Shown one piece after another: positions 15,003-19,453 of a DNA stretch of 19,453 nt. Both the position numbers and the translations under genes were made by a program. The first letter of the stretch is position 1. Every line of letters begins with the position of its first letter. The DNA is from a candidate division WOR-3 bacterium (GTDB lineage Bacteria; Hydrothermota; Tepidihabitantia; Tepidihabitantales; JAOUPE01): positions 1 to 19,453 of the forward strand of contig JBDRUX010000043.1 of NCBI GenBank assembly GCA_039801565.1, given 5' to 3'. The notes under the pieces are model-generated. The model was not told the origin of the DNA. It saw nothing but the letters and a program-made list of their open reading frames with translations, and did no database searches.

Positions 15003-17771
15003 ATGAGGCCAACAAAAGTATCTGTCTTATCCCTTGGGCTTTGCCTTGTCCTTTTGGTTTTCTCTTCGATAAGAGGTGAATCGGTAGCCAAGGACTACAA
15101 GCAAGGTGAATTTCTGATTGACACGACAATAACTTATGGCCCAGCCGTAGATGAACAGTTAGGACCTTCGATTGCCTTTGATGGCACTAACTATTTTATT
15201 GTCTGGGGTGATTATGAATTGTTAGCTATCTTTGGAGCAAGAATCAGTCAAACCGGTGAGATATTAGATATACCACCAATCAAAATCGCTGATGCTGATG
15301 CGGATTGGGAAGATAATCGCCCCCGAGTCGCTTTTGGTGAAGATAATTATCTGGTAGTATGGGTTGATGAAGAGTATGGGAAAATTTGTGGTGCTCGAAT
15401 AACCTCTGACGGCACACTCTTAGACACAACACCAATTACTATCTGCACCACCTACCATTTTTATGAATTATACCACCCGGATGTAACCTTTGGCACTAAC
15501 AATTTTTTAGTAGTTTGGAGTGAAGACCGGGAAGATTGCAATATTTATGGCGCGAGAGTAACTCCTACCGGCATAGTTTTAGATTCAACCCCTATTCCAA
15601 TTGCTACCGCACCTTTGGACCAAGATGAGCCAACAGTGGCTTTTGATGGCACCAATTACTTTGTTGTCTGGACTGATGAAGGCGATATCTATGGTGCTCG
15701 AGTTTCACCGGAAGGTCTTGTTTTGGATACCGTTGCCATTCCAATCTCCACCGCACCTGACTGGCAAGACCATCCAACTGCAATCTTTGGTTCCAACAAC
15801 TATTTTATCGCTTGGGAAGATTCTCGTAATGGCTTTCCTTACAGTGATATCTATGGGACAAGGGTAAGTCCAACCGGTTCGGTCTTAGATTCGAATGGCA
15901 TTGCTGTTTCTCTTTACCCCGAATATAAACGAGACCCAGCATTAGCATTTGATGGCACAAATTACTTTGTAGTTTGGGAAGACACCCGTGGCCCTGGTTA
16001 TCACATCTATGGCACAAGGGTCACCACTGATGGTATTGTCTTAGACACAAATGGTATCCAAATCTGCACCACACAAGTGAGTAATGACCAATGGCTTCCT
16101 GCCATTGCCTTTGGTGACTCGAACTACTTTGTGGCTTGGACCGATGAGCGTTTCGATGAAGACATTTGTGGTTCACGGGTTACTCCTGAAGGTTTGGCAT
16201 TAGACCCGGCTGGTATTCTAATTTCTTTTGGTGCCAATGAGCAAACATCACCCCAAGCCGCTTTTGATGGCACAAATTATTTAGTAGTATGGCAAGATTA
16301 CCGGAATGGTGATATGGATATCTATGGTGCGCGTTTAAATTCATCCGGAATAATCTTAGACCCAACTCCAATTCCAATCGCAACTGCGCCTAATGACCAA
16401 CGGTATCCCCAGGTCATTTTTGGCGGTAACTACTTCTTTGTGATATGGGAAGATTATCGAAACGGTAATTGTGACATTTACGGCACACGCGTCAGCACTG
16501 ATGGCGTGGTCTTAGATACGAATGGCTTACCAATCTCAGTGGAAAACTATAACCAATATTCGCCAAAAGTTGTCTTTGGCATTGACCAATATTTTGTTGT
16601 TTGGATTGACCGCAGGGCAGGTAATTATTCGGATTTATACGGCGCACGAGTGGACACTTCGGGTAGTATCCTTGACCCCTATGGTATTCGAATCTCAACA
16701 ACCATTGGAAGTTCACGCTTCCAAGTCATCTTTGGCGGTGGGAATTTTGGTTACTTTGTCGTCTGGGAAGATACTCGGACTCCTTATTATTATAGAATTT
16801 ACGGTGCGCGCATTAGTAGGTCAGGCTATCTCTTAGACCCAAATGGAATCCCAATTGCAAATGTCCCTTCTAATCAACACGACCCCCAAATTGTTTTAGG
16901 AAATGGCACTTATTTAGTGGTATGGGTGGACAACCGAACAGGAAACGACGATATCTACGGAACTCGAGTCACTCGGTTAGGGGGCATTTTAGACCCTGAG
17001 GGAATACCAATCGCAGCCAGTACAAATATTCAATCATCGCCCAAACTCGTTTTCGGCAGTAATCAGTACTTTGTCATCTGGTTTGATTACCAAACTTATC
17101 AAATTTACGGGGCGAGATTGGCTACTAACGGTGTTGTTATTGATACGGCGGGGATTCGAATAGCCTCGGCTGAACTTGGATTGAATTTACAACTTATCTT
17201 TGACAGTACATATTATGCGATAGTTTGGGATGACTATCGAAATGGTTGGGATAATTCCGATATCTATGGAGCACGAGTAGATATTTTCGGGCAGGTGCTT
17301 GATACTTTTTCGGTTGTAACACAACCTGGTCAGCAGCGATATCCGGTATTAGTTCGCGGTCCTGAAAATCAAGTTTTAGTTGCATATCAAGGATGGACTG
17401 ACACTATGGTTAGCAGAACTTACAATGCCTATCGCATTTGGGGTAGATTCTTGCCAGCGGTCGGAATCGAAGAGAAAAATCTCGAGCCTCGACTCTCAAT
17501 CCTTTTATCAAATTCACCCAACCCTTTCCGAAAGATGACAACGATTAGATATTCAATTTCTAAGCTCAGCAATGTTTCGATAAAAATTTACGACATTAAA
17601 GGCAATGTTGTCCGTAATCTGTTTAACGGCACTCAAAAGCCCGGCGCTTATGGGCTAAATTGGAATGGAATTGATAATAGTGGCAAGAAATTACCGGCTG
17701 GAATCTACATCCTTTGTCTCAAAACAACGGAAGGAGTATCTAAAACCGAGAAACTTATTATCCTAAAATAG
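15003..17771 (+). CDS. Secreted repeat protein (14 clear plus 1 degenerate ~50-aa repeats, probable beta-propellers) with a C-terminal FlgD-Ig/T9SS-like domain
   Basis: SD AAGGAGGT; signal peptide; repeat consensus PxxxFDGTNY(F/L)VVWxDxR...DIYG(A/T)RVxxxGxVLDxxGIPI; C-terminus VGIEE...NSPNPF...IYDIKG...WNGIDNSGKKLPAGIY. Confidence 0.88.
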   Translation: MRPTKVSVLSLGLCLVLLVFSSIRGESVAKDYKQGEFLIDTTITYGPAVDEQLGPSIAFDGTNYFIVWGDYELLAIFGARISQTGEILDIPPIKIADADADWEDNRPRVAFGEDNYLVVWVDEEYGKICGARITSDGTLLDTTPITICTTYHFYELYHPDVTFGTNNFLVVWSEDREDCNIYGARVTPTGIVLDSTPIPIATAPLDQDEPTVAFDGTNYFVVWTDEGDIYGARVSPEGLVLDTVAIPISTAPDWQDHPTAIFGSNNYFIAWEDSRNGFPYSDIYGTRVSPTGSVLDSNGIAVSLYPEYKRDPALAFDGTNYFVVWEDTRGPGYHIYGTRVTTDGIVLDTNGIQICTTQVSNDQWLPAIAFGDSNYFVAWTDERFDEDICGSRVTPEGLALDPAGILISFGANEQTSPQAAFDGTNYLVVWQDYRNGDMDIYGARLNSSGIILDPTPIPIATAPNDQRYPQVIFGGNYFFVIWEDYRNGNCDIYGTRVSTDGVVLDTNGLPISVENYNQYSPKVVFGIDQYFVVWIDRRAGNYSDLYGARVDTSGSILDPYGIRISTTIGSSRFQVIFGGGNFGYFVVWEDTRTPYYYRIYGARISRSGYLLDPNGIPIANVPSNQHDPQIVLGNGTYLVVWVDNRTGNDDIYGTRVTRLGGILDPEGIPIAASTNIQSSPKLVFGSNQYFVIWFDYQTYQIYGARLATNGVVIDTAGIRIASAELGLNLQLIFDSTYYAIVWDDYRNGWDNSDIYGARVDIFGQVLDTFSVVTQPGQQRYPVLVRGPENQVLVAYQGWTDTMVSRTYNAYRIWGRFLPAVGIEEKNLEPRLSILLSNSPNPFRKMTTIRYSISKLSNVSIKIYDIKGNVVRNLFNGTQKPGAYGLNWNGIDNSGKKLPAGIYILCLKTTEGVSKTEKLIILK

Positions 17772-17809
17772 CAAACAACTGAGAAATTATTACCGGAAAT
17801 TCTTTAGTA

Positions 17810-18898
17810 TTGGTGAAAGGAAACAGCGTTAAACTAAGATTTCTGGTTCTTTTCTTAACGATGTTAATTGGGTGTTGTCGAAAACCTGACGAGCTTAATA
17901 ATACACCGATTGGAATTCCCCCTTACGTTGCTTATGCACTTAGGCATGTCGGCGGTGCGGTTACGGTTACAGTTATTGATATGGAAAAAGATTCAATTGT
18001 TGGTATCCATCGTGTTGCAAAAGGCCGGGAATACTTAAGTGATTTAGCCTTGGGCCCTGATAGCATGCTTTATCTTACGATGTCGGACAAAGATTTAGAC
18101 CATACCGGGAAGGTCATAAGGATTTTTGACCCAGAAGAGGGTAAGATAATTAAAGATGTTGAGGTTGATTTAGACCCAGAAAGGATTTATGCTTTACCAA
18201 ATGGAAAAGCAATCATTGCCCATCAACTACGGCGGTTTATTGATACTTCTTTTATCACAACCGTGTTTGATATGCGCAGCCAGAACGTTAGAAAAATAAT
18301 AAAGATGAAAACGATCTTAGGTTCTGTGCTATTTCATCCCTCAAACGAGATCTATTTTTTCTATCTCTACTTACCTCCTTTTTTTGACCAAAGTATTCTT
18401 TTCCGTTATGACCAAGAAAATGATACTCTCGCTGAAAAGACAATTTTAAGCGACACTCTAAATACTGAAGTGATTGTCTTTGGCACAGCCACTAAACTTT
18501 ATTCGGCTTTTGAGGATTCTATCAGTATTTATGACTTCCCTTCTGGGCACAAATTGAAAGTAATTCAGATAAGTAAACCTTCTGCCGATTTATTAACTCT
18601 CCCTAACGGTAAAGTTTATGTTGCTCATAATACTTTTGAAGCCTGGCGGTACGGAAATTATGATAGTTTAAGTATAATTGATGTGAATACCGACGAGGTG
18701 ATAAAAACCATTCAAGTATGCAAAGGTCCTAGGTCAATGGCATACTCAAAGGATTTGAATAAAGTATATGTTGCCGGGAATTTGGGGACAAGGATTTCTG
18801 TTATTAATCCTGAAAATGATTCGGTGATTAAAAATATTGTCTCCGATTTGGCAAGCGAAGATGAATGGGGATACAGCAAGATAATTGTGAACCGCTAA
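17810..18898 (+). CDS. YncE/YVTN-like beta-propeller lipoprotein
   Basis: Lipoprotein-like signal (FLVLFLTMLIG-C); repeats VTVIDM, KVYVAH...LSIIDVNTDEVIKTIQVCKGP, KVYVAG...ISVINPENDSVIK. The start (TTG 17810 or GTG 17813) is uncertain. Confidence 0.75.
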   Translation: MVKGNSVKLRFLVLFLTMLIGCCRKPDELNNTPIGIPPYVAYALRHVGGAVTVTVIDMEKDSIVGIHRVAKGREYLSDLALGPDSMLYLTMSDKDLDHTGKVIRIFDPEEGKIIKDVEVDLDPERIYALPNGKAIIAHQLRRFIDTSFITTVFDMRSQNVRKIIKMKTILGSVLFHPSNEIYFFYLYLPPFFDQSILFRYDQENDTLAEKTILSDTLNTEVIVFGTATKLYSAFEDSISIYDFPSGHKLKVIQISKPSADLLTLPNGKVYVAHNTFEAWRYGNYDSLSIIDVNTDEVIKTIQVCKGPRSMAYSKDLNKVYVAGNLGTRISVINPENDSVIKNIVSDLASEDEWGYSKIIVNR

Positions 18899-19088
18899 AC
18901 CAGAAATCGGTTAGTTTGGCAAATCCATTCGCCAAGGAATAATAAAAAAGGACCTTATTTTCGTAGCTCTTCCCTATCCTCGCACACCCCAAAAATAAGT
19001 GATTAGTTAAACGATTTAAACGATTGAACTATTCTTTAACGCAACCCAAAAATCAGCGATTAGTGAAAATAATGAGGCAGGAGAGGGG

Positions 19089-19328
19089 GTAGCTTACGAG
19101 GTAGCCTACAGGGTAGCCTTCCTGCTTGCTCCCCAAGTAGCCTACGGGGTAGCTCCCGAACTTGCTCCCCAGGTTGCTTCCCAAGTTGCCTACCGGGTCG
19201 CTTCCGAGGTTGCCTCCGAAGTCGCTCCCTAACCTGCTCCCTAACCAACCCCCAAAGCAACCTCCGAGGTAACTCCCCAAGCAACCTACGGGGCAGCTTA
19301 GGGGGTCGCCTACGGGGTCACCCCCTAT
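19089..19328. repeat. Degenerate tandem array of 20 x 12-bp units (typical unit GTAGCCTACGGG; approximate consensus SYHRCYYMCNRR)
   Basis: Units read in exact 12-bp register from 19089 (GTAGCTTACGAG, GTAGCCTACAGG, GTAGCCTTCCTG, CTTGCTCCCCAA, GTAGCCTACGGG ... GTCACCCCCTAT) with no indels. Hand count 146/240 G+C (~61%). Confidence 0.9.
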
Positions 19329-19361
19329 ACGATACCCCCTCCCTAAGGAAAAATAGTTATG

Positions 19362-19370
19362 TGCTATAAT
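19362..19370 (+). promoter_or_regulatory. Extended -10 promoter element
   Basis: TGCTATAAT (TGnTATAAT), 26 nt upstream of an ATG that has the SD-like GGAGAAAGGA. Confidence 0.6.
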
Positions 19371-19396
19371 GTCTGCAAAATGGAGAAAGGATAAAT

Positions 19397-19453
19397 ATGA
19401 CGAGAAAACAGAAGAGACCCAGGGGTGGGAACACCCCTGGCGCCAAACCAAAA
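19397..19453 (+). CDS. Possible 5' end of an unknown CDS (MTRKQKRPRGGNTPGAKPK...), truncated by the window end
   Basis: AAGGA 5 nt before ATG 19397, extended -10 upstream, frame open to the end of the window. Too short to assign a product. Confidence 0.4.
   Translation, partial: MTRKQKRPRGGNTPGAKPK

Noticed and set aside
215..17385. Remaining short ORFs (60-116 aa) in the track
   Set aside because: All lie inside or antisense to well-supported genes and show no family motifs.
18916..18935. TTGGC..GCCAA inverted repeat as a terminator after the lipoprotein gene
   Set aside because: The stem is short and imperfect, and it is followed by an A-rich rather than U-rich tract on the plus strand.
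19089..19328. CRISPR array or DGR template/variable repeat
   Set aside because: There is no repeat-spacer alternation and no identical repeats. No second copy differing at adenines, and no cas or reverse transcriptase gene, is present in the window.
19053..19451. 132-aa and 74-aa minus-strand ORFs as genuine genes
   Set aside because: They are open mainly because of the repeat composition, and the longer one overlaps a plus-strand promoter, SD and ATG. The longer one starts at the window edge, so it is not excluded but cannot be supported.

Overview
Bacterial chromosomal window, AT-rich by eye. The secreted proteins with GIE(E/D)-linked FlgD-Ig/T9SS-like C-termini suggest an FCB-related candidate lineage such as WOR-3; that assignment is inference only. 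The minus strand carries a long housekeeping/envelope gene run: cmk-plsC-ispH-rpsA-mtaB-skp(fusion)-lpxD-lpxC-fabZ-lpxA-archaemetzincin-MFS. It is followed by a separately promoted gingipain-like C25 protease, a terminator and a partial NUDIX gene. The plus strand carries a divergent sigma70 promoter, a structured ~200-nt leader, a 14-15-repeat secreted beta-propeller-like protein and a YncE/YVTN-like lipoprotein. After these come a GC-rich, indel-free array of 20 degenerate 12-bp units and the start of another gene. Most notable: (1) parallel substitutions at acyl 3-hydroxyl-recognition and catalytic-support residues in LpxA, LpxD and LpxC; (2) lpxD apparently starting at a non-canonical ATA in an 'ATAA' stop/start overlap; (3) a candidate pseudoknotted leader RNA overlaid by three chained uORFs; (4) the 12-bp array; (5) a 9-bp-period TTTGAAC motif recurring at gene junctions. 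No mobile element, CRISPR array, rRNA or tRNA was recognised.
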